DNA of 64,000 bases from Hydrolagus affinis. Lineage: Eukaryota. The stretch covers positions 1 through 64,000 of the forward strand of contig JAAILG010000093.1 of NCBI GenBank assembly GCA_012026655.1, in the 5' to 3' direction. Both the position numbers and the translations under genes were made by a program. Position 1 is the stretch's first letter, and every line of letters starts with the position of its first letter. Under the pieces are notes generated by a model that saw nothing but the letters and a program-made list of their open reading frames with translations, was not told the origin of the DNA and searched no databases. This document shows positions 24,168 through 36,948 of this stretch, in pieces.

Positions 24168-24576
24168 CAGCGTTGTCTAATAGCAGTCACTGACTAGCCA
24201 CATGTGTGGCTACTCCACCGCCATTTTAGCCACTTGCACTATTTTTCGGTCAGTAACACCTTCCATGCACTCACACAATACTGTACAAGTAAATGTATTT
24301 CACGTACAATAATTGTATGTTAATATGCATAAAAGATTATTACAAACATCTACCACCATTCAGTGCGAAACTTTGTACTCCTTTTATTCTTTTTTCGTCT
24401 CACCGTTTTATCAATAAACACACAAAAAGGTCAGAGTACACATGCATATGTTGTGCGAATATTAGTATTGAGAACATGTGTCCGACGATTTAAAAAAATT
24501 TACTAATCAAAAATGTAATGTCACCACATCTGGAATTCCATTTAGTGGCTAGTGGCCAATGCATTGGACGTCCGTG
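24168..24576. mobile_element. hAT-Charlie-like (MER3/MER33-type ends) non-autonomous element
   Basis: Ends CAGCGTTGTCTAATAG...ACTAGCCAC and GTGGCTAGTGGC...ATTGGACGTCCGTG; flanks CTCTACAT / CTCTCAGT resemble a decayed 8-bp TSD. Confidence 0.6.
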
Positions 24577-25034
24577 CTCTCAGTAATTTTCTCCGGTAAA
24601 GAATGGAAATCTGTTCCACGTGTAAGTATTCTAAGTAACTGTTTGTGAGTAACAAAGATACTAGTGTTCGACACTATTCTCAAACCTTAAAGATGACATT
24701 CACAAGGACAATATCTTGTGGAACTTTGGAAATTCAACACCAAATCTATGATATCTTTGAACCGATCAGAAATGCTTTTTCGAGATTATAACGGGTTACT
24801 GCATATCCCATTATCTTACACTGTACATTGCAGTTTGCTGCCTCCAATATATAAGGCCTCTGAGTGCCTAAGTGCAGCTAGCCTGCTATCCACTGCATCA
24901 TTGCACTGTAGGTGATGCCAATCTCTGAGCTATTTGAAGCTGTTGTGCGTTTGTGGCTATTTTCACAAGAAGAATACTGTCAATCAATCCAAAGTGCAGC
25001 TGACATCACAGCACCTGCACACAGACATTACAGA

Positions 25035-25310
25035 GATGTCAGCCTGGCTCAGTTGATAGCAATCTTGCCTCTCAGTCAAATCACAACACCTACTTTGAGC
25101 TCACAGTCAGTGTAGGCTGACACTCCAGTGCAGTGCTGGGGGTGCTCTCCATTGCCAGAGATGCTGTCCTTTGGGTGAGTTGTTAATGAGGTCACATCTG
25201 CCTGTCCAGTTGGATATTAAATGGCACTAATAGAAAAGAAAAGGGAGTTTCCCTGCTGTCATAGCCAACAAACCGCCGGATTAAATTAGTTGTTTATTTC
25301 ATGGCTATTT
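25035..25310 (+). mobile_element. Old Deu-domain SINE
   Basis: tRNA-like TGGCTCAGTTGATAGC, then GGCTGACACTCCAGTGCAGTGCTG...GATGCTGTCCTTTGG (Deu domain). Confidence 0.7.
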
Positions 25311-25311
25311 G

Positions 25312-25535
25312 ATCCTCTCGCTTTGCAAACTCCTCACTCCCCAATCCTGGCGCCACCTTTAGATTGCCACCGGCTCCTGCTTGTCCCTCATACCCTCCAC
25401 GCCAGCATTGGAAGTCACGCTTTCAGTCACTATCCCCCTAAACTCTGGGACACTCTCCCTTAATCCCTCCGCCTTGCCCCCTCTCTCCTACTCCACAATT
25501 CTTGCCTGAAAGTCTTCCTCTTCAACCGTGTTTAC
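25312..25535 (+). mobile_element. Degenerate L2 3' fragment
   Basis: GCTTTCAGTCACTATCCCCCTAAACTCTGG...TTCCTCTTCAACCGTG. Confidence 0.6.
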
Positions 25536-25539
25536 CATC

Positions 25540-25825
25540 AGCTCAGTAGTTAGAGCACTTGCCTTACAAGCTGGAGGCCTGGGTTCAACTCCAGGCACTG
25601 CAAAACCTTTGGCAAATTTCCTTACTCCACACCCCTCATGATGATCCCTTGAAAAAAACATAATAATGAAATTGGTCATTTCATTCCACGCTTATTTGTT
25701 GGAAACTGCTGCCTCATTTCGCCAACAAATATATAGTCAATTCACTTTACATTATATTCCGTGAAGCTCTTTGAGACGTCTAGAAGACGTAAAAAGCACG
25801 ATATCAAATGCAAGGATTATTATTA
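25540..25825 (+). mobile_element. tRNA-SINE, near full length
   Basis: Head, B box GGTTCAACTCC, body, tail. Confidence 0.88.
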
Positions 25826-26738
25826 ATCCGGACAAGGCCATCTTGGACCACTTTCTCATCTCCCTCTCCTTCTGCAGCCCTCTCCCCTCCACCAAACCTG
25901 CAACTGTACTTTTCCGCCCATGGAAAAGTCTCCCCCCTGATACCCTCACAGAGGCCCTCATGTCTTCTGACCCCACACCTCTCTGGTCTTCCACCCACAG
26001 TGATCCTGAAGCAGCTGTCCAGCTGCTCCATGATCACCTCTCCTCCACCTTCAACTCTCTTGTCCCCCTGAAATCCAGGTCCATTTCCAAACCCACCCGC
26101 TCCCCCTGGTACAACACTCACTTCCGCTCCCTAAAAAACAACACCCAGCTGCTCGAGCGCAGGTGGCAGAAAACCAGTCTCACGGTTCACCACCAACTGT
26201 GGCTCGAGCATCTCCACAGCTACCGCTGTTCTTGGGTGCGCGCAAAAATGGCTTACTATTCCAACATCATCCGGGAGACAAATAACAACCCCAAAGTCCT
26301 CTTTTCCACCACCTACCATCTCCTCCGTGCACCCCCACAGGCCTCCTCAATTTTCACCAAACGCGAAGTGCGAGGAGGTCATGGACTTCTTCTCATCCAA
26401 AATTCTAAATATCCACCAGGCAGCATCATCTTCCTGCCTCTCGTCAGCCACCACCACCACCCCCTTTCTGTCCCCCTCACCCTCCCTGTCATCAGCTCTC
26501 TTCCTACACTCCTTCTCCCCCGTCTCTCCTTCCGCCCTCTCACGCACCATCACCTCAATGAAGCCAACCACCTGCTGCCTCGACCCCATCCCCACCAACC
26601 TACTGCTCACCCAGCTCCCCCTCCTTTACCCACGGCTGCTGACATCATCAACCAGTCCCTCTCTACAGGATCAGTCCCTGCCTCACTCAAAACTGCTGCC
26701 ATCACCCCTCTCCTTAAAAAACCTTCCCTTGATCTCTC
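25826..26738 (+). mobile_element. L2 ORF2 internal fragment (end of endonuclease to pre-RT region), frameshifted
   Basis: Motifs DHFLI, SPWYN, LERRWQKT, NNPKVLFST, KPTTCCLDPIPT and IINQSLSTGSVPASLKTAAITPLLKKPSLD spread over two frames. Confidence 0.9.
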
Positions 26739-27922
26739 AAATGCTCAGAGTGCGACTAAAAGGCCTATTGGTTAAATGCAGAGAATTTAACTTGTAGTCA
26801 GGCTACTAACTGAGTGACGCAAAAACAAAAGTTGCAGTTCAGCATTGCCAAAAATCTAACTTTATTTGGAAAAACACTATAAAATTTGGACTGCCAAATA
26901 AATAGCCTTCTTATCAGTTTCAAACAGTGGCTGTGAATGTTTTCCATGCTAGTGCTGAGAAAATTGCTTCACAGTGCCTGGGAAGGAACTGCTTTATGTG
27001 TGGGAAACGCAGTCAGCCTCTCCTCACTTCTGACCCACCCCCCACCCACCTCCACACACACACATGCACAGACACATACAAACATGTTTACCCATTTGAC
27101 ATCAGTAAACATGATAGTTTTTAAACAGGGTGAAGCTAACAGTTTCAGGGCTAAGTATTACACTGTATTTGATTTTATCCCTGGTTTCTCTATTCGTTGT
27201 TAGTTTTCGACTGTTGCTTGTTTGGTACAGATTGTGTACTTCATTTGATATCTTGAAAACAAACCGCCTGGCTGTTCATGGTAAGTAGGCATAGGGTCAA
27301 CACAAATTAGCCTGCAGAGAGATTGTTAAATATCAAAAGCCACTTCCCTTGAAGGTCAGACTTTGCTGAATCACTGCTGAACAAGTGAATCAAAAAGTCT
27401 GATTCATACCATGTCTGTAGTCTTTATTCAAACAGTGGACTATCACATCACCACTGAAAAATCTAGCAGTAATTATTATAAACCGTGGGTGTCTATGTGT
27501 GGATGCAAGGAAAGTAACTAATTCAGCTATTTACATCTAAATATGGTTTTAGTCACAATCCTGTTGCTTCAGATTTCTGTGTGAACTTCTAGAGGCCTTC
27601 ACAGCTTGTTTGTCAGACACCAACATCAACAACAACAGCAAAATTACATTTATAGAGCGCATTTCATGTTAGAAGGACGTCCCAAGGCCTGGATGAGCGC
27701 AAACTTCCTGCAGCTGATTATTGATGAGATTATTGTGGAGATAGAAGCCATTCTCCTTGGCTCCCATCAATGTCTTACCAAACCTGTAAGTAACCTCAGC
27801 AATCAGGTTAAATACTCAGACGTCTTTCCTATTCCATCCAGTCCCTGACCAGGACCATTTTTCTCCACCTTTGTCACATTTCCCACCTCTGACCATCCCT
27901 CACTCCCAATTCAAGTGAAACC

Positions 27923-28214
27923 ATAATAATAATTCTTGTATTTGATGTAGCACTTTTCATGTCTCAAAGCACTCCACAGAATATACCGTAAAGTGAATTG
28001 ACTGTATATATGTGAGCGACACGCGATAGCCAATTGAGTACAGCAGTGTCCCACGATCAGTCATGGATTGAAATGACCAAGTTTTTTTTAATATAGGGAT
28101 TATTATCAGGCGTATGGAGTAAAGAAACTTACCCAAGGTTTCATCCTGCCTGGAATTGAACCCAGGCCCCTTGCTTGTAAAGCAAGTGGTCTAACCACTG
28201 AGCTACAGGACTCC
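27923..28214 (-). mobile_element. Full-length tRNA-SINE
   Basis: Reverse complement of the consensus. Confidence 0.9.
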
Positions 28215-28820
28215 ACATCATCCGCACTTTTATCACCTCCTGCCTCAATTATTCCTGCCTCAATTATTCCCTCCTCAATGCCCTCCTTGCCAATCTCCTC
28301 AGCTCCACTATCCACAAAATCCAACTAATTCAAAACCTTTACTCACCTGCTCTAAACATTATACACCCATCACACCAGTCTTTGCCTGACACCATTGGCT
28401 CCCTATCGCAGAACAGATTGACTTCATGATCCTCACACTCATCTACAAATCCCTTCATACTACAAATTCCTTCATGCCCTGGCACCTCCCTATTTCTCCA
28501 ACTTATTTACTCCCCACTCTTCAACCCACTGCCTCCGCTCTGCGGCCTCCTTTTTGTCCCTCATCTGCTTTCACCCATTATGCCCGAAACTTTGGAACAC
28601 TCTCTCAAACTCTCTACCTTACGTTTTATTTTCCCTTTTTCATATCATGCCTGCTGTATGACCGTGCATTACATTTACCTCCCCTCTCCCCAGCTTTATT
28701 TAAGCGCTCTGTTTAAGCACTCAGAGACGCTACCCCAACAACAACAAAAAAAACAAAATTGCACCTTTCACGTCGGGAGGATGTACCCCGCTATATAAAT
28801 GCAAGTTGTTATTGTTGTTT
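28215..28820 (+). mobile_element. Degenerate L2 3' region with a nested minus-strand tail (~28737-28785)
   Basis: CATTGGCTCCCTATC (HWLPI), ILTLIYKSLH; family B tail split by CAACAACAAC...CACGTCGGGAGGA. Confidence 0.65.
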
Positions 28821-29349
28821 GTATCATATGGTTCTTAACATTCAGTCAGGGAAATGTGATCCCAAAATAGTCAAACCTGGGTTAACGTTCTTCCCATTTG
28901 TATGCCATCTTAATTGATATTTATACAGAAGCTAACAATATGAATTGCAATTGTTCAAGGTTGGCTGCTTCCCGCATTTGCAAAGTTGATTAATGTTATT
29001 GTTGTGCATATTTAGATGTGTAAGGAATAAAAATTGAGTAGATTTGCAATGATTTAGGCCTTTTTATTAGTTAAAAAAAAATTATTTTGCTTCCAGATGC
29101 AAACCTATTGTTAAACTGTGAACCTTTGTTGGGATTTCAGGGCACATATGAGATGACAGCACAATAGATTAAATTTAAAGAAAAATAAATATGCTTATCA
29201 GCAGGCATAGCTCTACCAGCTTAGGTTTCTTCCACATATCAATGACCATTCCACCAAATCTATTCATTTGCTCTTGATTCCATTCTGTATACATCCCAAC
29301 CTTACACTGCAAGCCCTAATTTATATTAATGAGGCAAGCGTATACAAGT

Positions 29350-29647
29350 GGATTCCTGTAGCTCAAGTGGTTAGAACACTCGCCTTACAAGCGAGAGACC
29401 TGGGTTCAATTCCAGTCAGGGCGCAACCTTGGGCAAGTTTCCTTACTCCACACATTTAATAATAATCCCTCAAAAAAAACAATAATAGATTGGTCATTTC
29501 AATCTATGACTGTTTGTGGGACACTGCTGTGTGCAGTTGGCTACTGTATAGTCTATTCAGTTGACAATATATTCTGTAAAGCGCTTTGAGACGTCCAGAA
29601 GACGTGAAAAGCGCTATATCAAATGCAAGGATTATTATTATTATTAT
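29350..29647 (+). mobile_element. Full-length tRNA-SINE
   Basis: Head, B box, and tail with an intact stem-loop AGCGCTTTGAGACGTCCAGAAGACGTGAAAAGCGCT. Confidence 0.9.
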
Positions 29648-31080
29648 CTGAGGAGGCATCTTGCTGTATCACTGTTTCCTCTGAAAATGGCTTCTAGGCT
29701 CTTCTGGACACATGTTAATAAATATGCAGCCACTATGAGGCGAGGAGTGAAGCCCTGATTGTAGAACTATGCAAAGTGGGAAACCTAATTTCACACCGCA
29801 TTATGAAGACCATTAAAATGTGATGGTTATGTTTTTTAATTATTAAGATGGTTAGTGTGGGTTAATTTATAGTAACATTGAAGTCAGTCAAACAAAACAC
29901 TGTCCAAGGAACAGCATAAGAGTTTTCAATGGCCCGCAATAAAGCATCCCCTGCAATATAAATGAGCATTTATACTGAATGAAGCAGTGCACATCACTCC
30001 TGAAATTGCCTTATCCAGATAGTATCAGGGGATCTCCAGCATGATTCACACTGCCTGAGCCCCAGCTTATAGTTCATGTTTTCCACTGAATCAGTATCAA
30101 AATGTATGCAATTTGCAACCAATTGCACAGTACTGTACTGTACTGACACAGCATTAAAGATACATAAGCCCCTGAATCAACACTTCAGATTCACGCAATA
30201 TTGTTTCAGGCTTTCGCATCTAGCCCCCACCTTGACAGATGGTCCAAGCAACAGATGACAATGACTAATTCCTGCAACAGATAGTGTGGGCCCTGGAAAG
30301 ACTGATACATTTCTAAAAGGACTGCTCTATGTGCCAAATAACATTCAACCTTAGAATTAAATCAACACATGTTTGAACTTGTTTGTCATTATTGTTAGAT
30401 GGGGAAATGTGGTTAAAACAAGCAGCTCATCTGCAAAATAAGCACGGGGTAGTTTGAAGCCACATATATGTGTTGTTGACCAATGGAGAAAGCACCTCTC
30501 CTTGAATCACATAACAACGTGATTCTAAATAATATTGATGAATTCTGGAACTAATTCTTTTGTAGGCTATTTTCAGAAGTTAACTGTCGTGTACAAATGT
30601 CATGGTGTGTGTTGAGATGTCCTCCTGAGGTGAAAGTCACTACTGTATACAAATTGTACTGTTTTGTACGGCGAATCACAAACCCCACTGCAAAACAGCA
30701 GTGAGAATTTCCATTTCATGATTCTTACATTTGATATGGCGCCTTTCGTATCAGGAGGATGTCTTAACATGCTTCACGAGAAATATTGTCAAGGGATGTA
30801 TATGGATCCTGCACAATGGGAATACATGGATGTTTTGCTGTGTTGTGTGTTTGTTACTTAATAATAATAATAACAATTCAACTTTTTAAGGAAAAGGAGA
30901 ATTAAGATGTGTGTATTTGCAAAGATCTTTAGTATGTTTTCCTTCCAGATTTGATGTGATAATCATCTCATTAAAGCTGTTATGATTGTTGCAAATTCCA
31001 CCCTAGCTAGTGTGGGGCTTTCCATAGTCAAAACAACAACGCTGCAGAGGTGCCACTACTCCTGGACCAAACCACAAGCA

Positions 31081-31355
31081 AATAAATAACCCTTGTATTT
31101 GATATAGCACTTTTCACATCTTCCAGACATTTCAATGCACTTCAGAGTATACTCTAAAGTGAATTGACTGTATATATGACTGGGCTAAACGCGGCAGCCG
31201 ATTGCACACAGCAGTGTCCCACAAACAGTCGTGGATGGAAATGACCAATTTTTTTTTTTTTTTTTTTTTTTAGCGATTATTGTCGGGGGTGTAGAGTAAG
31301 GAAACTTGGACAAGGTTTCGCCCTGACCTGCCGGGAATCGAACCCAGGGCTCTCT
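31081..31355 (-). mobile_element. tRNA-SINE with an expanded internal poly(A) (poly-T on +)
   Basis: Reverse complement of the consensus; T run at ~31249-31271. Confidence 0.85.
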
Positions 31356-31429
31356 AAATAAGCAGAAGAGGTTTAGCGAGTTGATATGTGCCTGTACATC
31401 AATGCAGTCCTGTATGAATACAAATGTAG

Positions 31430-31641
31430 TCGATTCCAGGCTGGGCAAAAACTTGGGCAAGTTTCCTTACTCCACATACCTGATAATATTCGCTAAAAAA
31501 ATACACAATAATAAATTGGTCATTTCAATCCACAACTGTTTGTGGGACATTGCTGTGCGCAATTGGCTGTTGTGTTTTATCCACAAATATACAGTCGCTA
31601 TATCAAATGCAACGATTATTATTATTTTAATAATTATTATT
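31430..31641 (+). mobile_element. tRNA-SINE, partial
   Basis: From the B box through the body, with an internal deletion before the tail. Confidence 0.8.
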
Positions 31642-33849
31642 ATGAACCCCTGGACCTCATTCTCGTGTTGTTGCTGTAATCGAATATTAGAACTTTTTTG
31701 TAAAGTAAGCTATAAATGATCACAGTCACACAACAGTCATATGCTGCTGACGTTAACTTCCTTGAGAATTCCCTGTGTGCTCTGCTGCCAAGTCCGATCA
31801 AAAAATAACTATAGACTTGCAGATGGCACTGCAAATGTCACTGTTGTGAACCAAAAGCTTGAATTTGAACACATCATTTTTGAAAATTCTGTGCCTTTTT
31901 ACCCGAGCTCAATTATTCATAATACCAACTGTGGATGTTAGCAATATACTGTACTGCAAATGCATCAGTTAAGACAGTTTCCTTTTCCAGCTGTATCGTC
32001 TGCAGCCCCCCAAACTAAAAAGAATTGCTAGCAACCACATAATGTGGATATGAGACTCATAGCACGCATTGGTAAAGGGATTGCACCCATTTTTGGTGCT
32101 GAACGGTAAATGCTTTTCTTTGTGTATCAATTTTTATATATTTGGGATGTACATAGGTTATGTTGTGCACTTGCTAAAGGGCTCAATACTGAGCCCTGAT
32201 ATTTCATCTAATCCTAGCCCTCAAAACCAGTTTCTCAAATTGAGTCTTCTTAGCTTTACAGGTTTTCCAAATACTGTACTTCAAAAAATAATCACCCTAA
32301 TATACGATTCAGCGACTTTCATGTAGGGAGACGATCCAAAGCCCTTCACAGGATATACTTCAAAGGGCCGTGACTGTGTTTGTGGGTGTACACGTCAGTT
32401 AATTTGCGCACTGCAATGTCACACAAACAGCAGGAAGTGAATGACCAATTTTAATAATTGGGGTATTGTTAAGGGAATTTCACTTGCCCAGCGTCCTAGT
32501 CAAAAGCCAAAATCTTTAACGTCAAACTGAACAGGCAAGCGGAACCTCGGATTAGCATTTTAACCAATAGATCACCATATATTGCTATCATAAGCAAAAG
32601 ACTAAATTGAAACATTTACACAGATCTTTGCAATCTTTAATGTGAAGACAAAACCACCCTGCAGGCTAACACTGTGGAAGTGCAGCATTCATATTTGAAG
32701 TGAGATAAACTGAGGCAATGACAGTGGTCATTTGTTTAGTAGCTGTTGTGAACTTTCTGTACTATTGGACAATGTTTCAGGAAAATATGCATACGGGCGC
32801 CAATGTAATTTATTTGTTTGAAGATATTTAGCCATGTAATCAATTAAAATCGCATGCTCTAAGTACAACAACAACAATAAAATTACATTTATAGAGCGCC
32901 TTTCACGTCAGGAAGACAAATCGAAGTTTCTAATGTGAGGCTTGTACATACAACCCTGTGAAGCAGAGACAAGAGGATGTTCAATCAGTACCACTTTGCA
33001 TGTCATTGTACTGTATTTATGAGACAATCGTATCGCTTTCATATTTTGCAATACGACTGCATCAGGAAATTTGCAAATAAAAACATTGGCTGAGATACAA
33101 GGCAGCGATACCCGTTACAGGAAATGTTTATGTAAACCAGCTCCGTCAACGGTTTTAATGCATATCTTGAATTTTTTCCATTGCTTGGCCCTGCTGACAT
33201 GCTCACAGTTGATGAGGCATGAAGGAGTTACTGCTCACTTTCGCATATCCACTGTATGACACAGTCTGCAGGTCAAGTCAGTATCCAGTCATGGTTTATC
33301 AGGGAGCTGGCAGGAAATCTTCTGCTTATGTCAGTTAGCTGCTGCAGAAGCTTATTGATGCAAATGGAAAACAAAATTGCTATAATTGAGTGACAGAGCA
33401 AGACTTCAACAGACTTTTCAAGATAAGAACATAGGGACAATAAGCTCATTTTTACCCTGCCTTATGGCTATTTGGAAAATGATGATCTATGTATTAAGGA
33501 GACTTTAGATAGTATTAGTCCAGTTTACAAATTCCATGACAATTATTTTGGAGCAAAATATTCTATGCCAATGGGATAAACAACCAGTCAAGGCAACTAT
33601 TAAGAATCAGCTTCAATTAACCTAAGTCACGCTCAAATTCTAAAGCAGGATATGATGTAATCTCCCAGAACACTAATTACACTTAATTCAGCCTTGAATC
33701 TCGACTATACAGCAGAAATCTTATTTAAAATAATCTTATTCCATTACAATCTATCAGATAAAATGAATGCACACATGTGCTAACATGATGAGTTTTGCAC
33801 ACATTGGTGTGGTTTGCAATATATTGCAATAAATGGTTTTCATATTATA

Positions 33850-34240
33850 TTTTGTATATTTTACATTCGACTTTTCTGTAAAGTGTATTCACTGTACTGT
33901 ATTTATTGGCAAACACAACAGTTAATTTGCGCACAACAATGTACTGCACTACAAACAACCAAAATGCGAATGATGCAACCTTTTTCTGCATGAATGTGGC
34001 CAGGTCAGTGTGAGAAACACCTTCTTATTTTGAATAGTCCTACTTTTTTTTAAATTTCACAAACAGGTGGAAGTTCAGTTCAACATCTCACCTCGTAGAC
34101 AACACATCTGACAGTGCAGTTCTCCCCCAGCACTGCACTTGAGTGTTAGCCTAGACTATGAATGCAAATCCCAACATGGGACTTCAACCCACAGCCTGCT
34201 GACTCAGAGGTGAGTGTGCTGCCAACTGAGCCAGGCTGAC
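33850..34240 (-). mobile_element. Old Deu-domain SINE, near full length
   Basis: CTGACAGTGCAGTTCTCCCCCAGCACTGCAC...GTTAGCCTAGA; head GACTCAGAGG...GCCAACTGAGCCAGGCTGAC matches the 25035 copy in reverse. Confidence 0.75.
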
Positions 34241-34404
34241 ATCTGAGTACTTGATTTTAACAGAAACAAACACGTATCTCAATTGGCATACATTATGAGG
34301 CCCGATTACAAAAAGGATAGTAGATCCGCAAGATATTGTATAAAAAAGCACCACATGTGATTGAACATTGCAGTAATTTTTTCCACACGTCAGTGTTTCT
34401 AACA

Positions 34405-34512
34405 GATATTTGGGAAGGACAAATTTGCAAGGCTATGGGGAGATAGCAGGGATGGGATTAATTTGGATCGCACTTTCAAAGAGACTGGCACAATGATTTT
34501 ACATGATTTTAT
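34405..34512 (+). mobile_element. CR1-type 3' end fragment
   Basis: GGCTATGGGGAGATAGCAGGG...TCAAAGAGACTGGCACA followed by a short repeat tail. Confidence 0.5.
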
Positions 34513-34634
34513 GTAGAGTCCTTTTGCATTTGCATTTTGCATTTGTGCTGTTGCACGTATACCTAACTGTTTGAACTCGGAGGAGATATACCACTTATAT
34601 TTGGGAATTATTTTGTTAGATAAACTGTGTTTTT

Positions 34635-35685
34635 CACCTCAACCTTCAAGGTTCCGTCCTTGACTGATTCAGGTACTATCTCTCACACACTCTCCAATTT
34701 GTCTCTGCTAACAGTTTCTCTTCCAGCCCCCACACCGTCTTGTGCGGTGTTCCTCAGGGCTCTGTACTCGGTCCCCTCCTCTTCAACCTCTACTTGGTGA
34801 CATCATCCACGGACATGGGATCAATTTCCACGTGTATGGGATGACATCTAACTCTACCTCTCTGTCTCCACCCTCGATTCCAGACCTACTGGTGTACTGA
34901 CAAACCGCCTGTCAGACATTGTCCTGGATGAGAGACAACTTTCTGCAGCTGAACATCAGTAAAACCGAGGTCCACCTGATTGGCTTGTGCCAGCACCTCC
35001 GCACCTCAGGCGCCAGCAGCATCAACATCCACACTCCACCTCACCAGGCCAGTCAGGAACCTGGGCATCTTGTTCAACCCTCAACCCTCAGGCTGCCAAA
35101 ACCCTCACTCATGCGTTTGTCACCTCAAAGCTAGACTACGGAAATTCCTTGTCAGCCTCCCCATCTCTTCTCTCCACGAGCTGCAGGTTATCCAAAACTC
35201 TGCAGCTCGTGTCCTCTCCTGTGACCCCATAACCCTCACCCTTGCCCGGATGCACTGCTCCCCATCCCTCAGAGGATAGAATTCAAAATTCTCATCCTCA
35301 CTTTCAAGGCCCTCCACAGCCTTGCCCCATCCTACCTCTGACCCGCTGATCCCCTATCAACCTGTCCGCTCCCTTCATTCAGCAGGCTCTGGCCTATGCT
35401 AACATCGGCAGCTGGACTTTCACCCTCTCTGCCCCCACCCTTTGGAACCCCATTCCACAATCCGTTCGCCTTGCTCCTATTCTTGCTTCCTTCAAGGCCC
35501 AACTCAAGACTCCTTTTCCATTGTGCTTTCAGCCACCATCCTGCCTCTCTGCCCTCCCTCATCCCATGCATGCCCTCCCACCACCCCCCTCTACCCCCCA
35601 ATGCTCGGGACCTGACCCTGGACTTTTCAGCACCTTGGGACGTCCTCCCAACATGAAACGTGCTCCACAAATGGTGGTGTTGTTT
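34635..35685 (+). mobile_element. L2 RT/C-terminal region to 3' tail, decayed
   Basis: GGTGTTCCTCAGGGCTCTGTACTCGGTCCC ([10 protein letters not shown]), WMRDNFLQLNISKTE, VRNLGILF, LQVIQNSAARVL, then tail. Confidence 0.92.
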
Positions 35686-36649
35686 TTCGGTGTAGATTTG
35701 GTGCTTCCTTTGTCGTGCCAGGATTTTTTTTTAAATAAAGAAAAAATGCATTCCCATGATGGTGGTGGAATTCTCAGTAACCTTGCTGATATTGGAAGAT
35801 CCTAGTCTGACAGTTTTTCATTTGAGGTTGGTAAAGTTGATTCTGTTCCAAAGAAAGCAGTTTTGCATTTGAGGAGCTGTAAATTACATTTTCCTTTGTA
35901 CTGTAGTCTGTATTTTCCATCCTCTTGTCATAATACATGTCACAGTTGTTAGCAAAAGTCAAGTATTTCATTCTTTACCAACTGAGGCAGTAGAATATGA
36001 ATGAATCCAACCAATTTCTGATCTGATATCTCATCTTACAATAGATTACAATGCTGCATAAACTGTAGCAAATGTGCAGTATTTCCAGGCCAGAAAGTTA
36101 AGTCGCTTAAAACCACATTACTGATAAAAGAGACTCAATGCCACAAGTTGGGAATATCAAACCTTTAGAGTCTTTATAATCATCAACTTCAAAGCTGTAC
36201 AGTCACTCATCACCATTTCCTCCTTGTTCCATATAACTGATATGAATGCACCAAATTTTCCTTTTCATGAAAGACATGTTAGAGCACCCACCCTACCATC
36301 CACCCCTCTTGATTGCAACCCCCAACTCCAGTGAAAACCCTCAACCATTAACTGTCCAGCATCCTGGGCCATCCTTCCAATGTGAAAGACGCTATATAAA
36401 TGTCATTTTGTTGTTGTTAGTGTGATTATTTGGAGATGTTGGTGAAATGGGAAAAAAAGGGAGTGCACAAACTACTATCAGGAAAACATTATATTCATTG
36501 TCCAAAACTGAGGAAAGAGCATGTTGGGTTTCCCAGAGAGCACTTCCTCCTCCCCCACCAACTCTGCTCCTCTGTAAGCTTGAAGCAGGTGTTCCCTAGG
36601 TCAGTTGTTTTATCTGTTGTTCTATATATTTTTAAATCTCATCTTCAAA

Positions 36650-36948
36650 ACCACCCACTGCCTCCACTCAGCTGTCTCCAGCCTCCTATTTGTCCCTATT
36701 CCCGTCCACTCCACCATCAGTGGCCATGCCCCCAGCCACTGCGCCCCAAAACTCTGGAACTCTCTTCCTCAATATCTCTGCCTTGCCCCCTGCCTTCCAC
36801 CCTCAAATTCCATCTAAAGGCCTTCCTTTTTGATTTTGCTTATGCTCACCTTTCCCTCACCCTCTTCCCCTCGTTGTCAAATTCCACCTCTGGGACACTA
36901 CCCCATGTGAAGGGAACTGGATAAGTGCAAGTTGTTCTTGTTGTTGTT
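36650..36948 (+). mobile_element. L2 3' fragment
   Basis: APKLWNSLP, FHLKAFLFD, tail ending in (TTG)n. Confidence 0.7.

Noticed and set aside
25771-26775. 334-aa ORF as a host gene
   Set aside because: It begins in a SINE tail and is frameshifted L2 ORF2 sequence; C-rich composition keeps frames open
28239-28268. 15-bp tandem duplication
   Set aside because: Ordinary slippage within a decayed L2
31812-31832. CTCF-like motif (GCAGATGGCAC)
   Set aside because: The 5' half departs from consensus; cannot be supported without a PWM scan
36430-36924. 164-aa ORF
   Set aside because: The 3' half is out-of-frame L2 sequence; no recognisable domain
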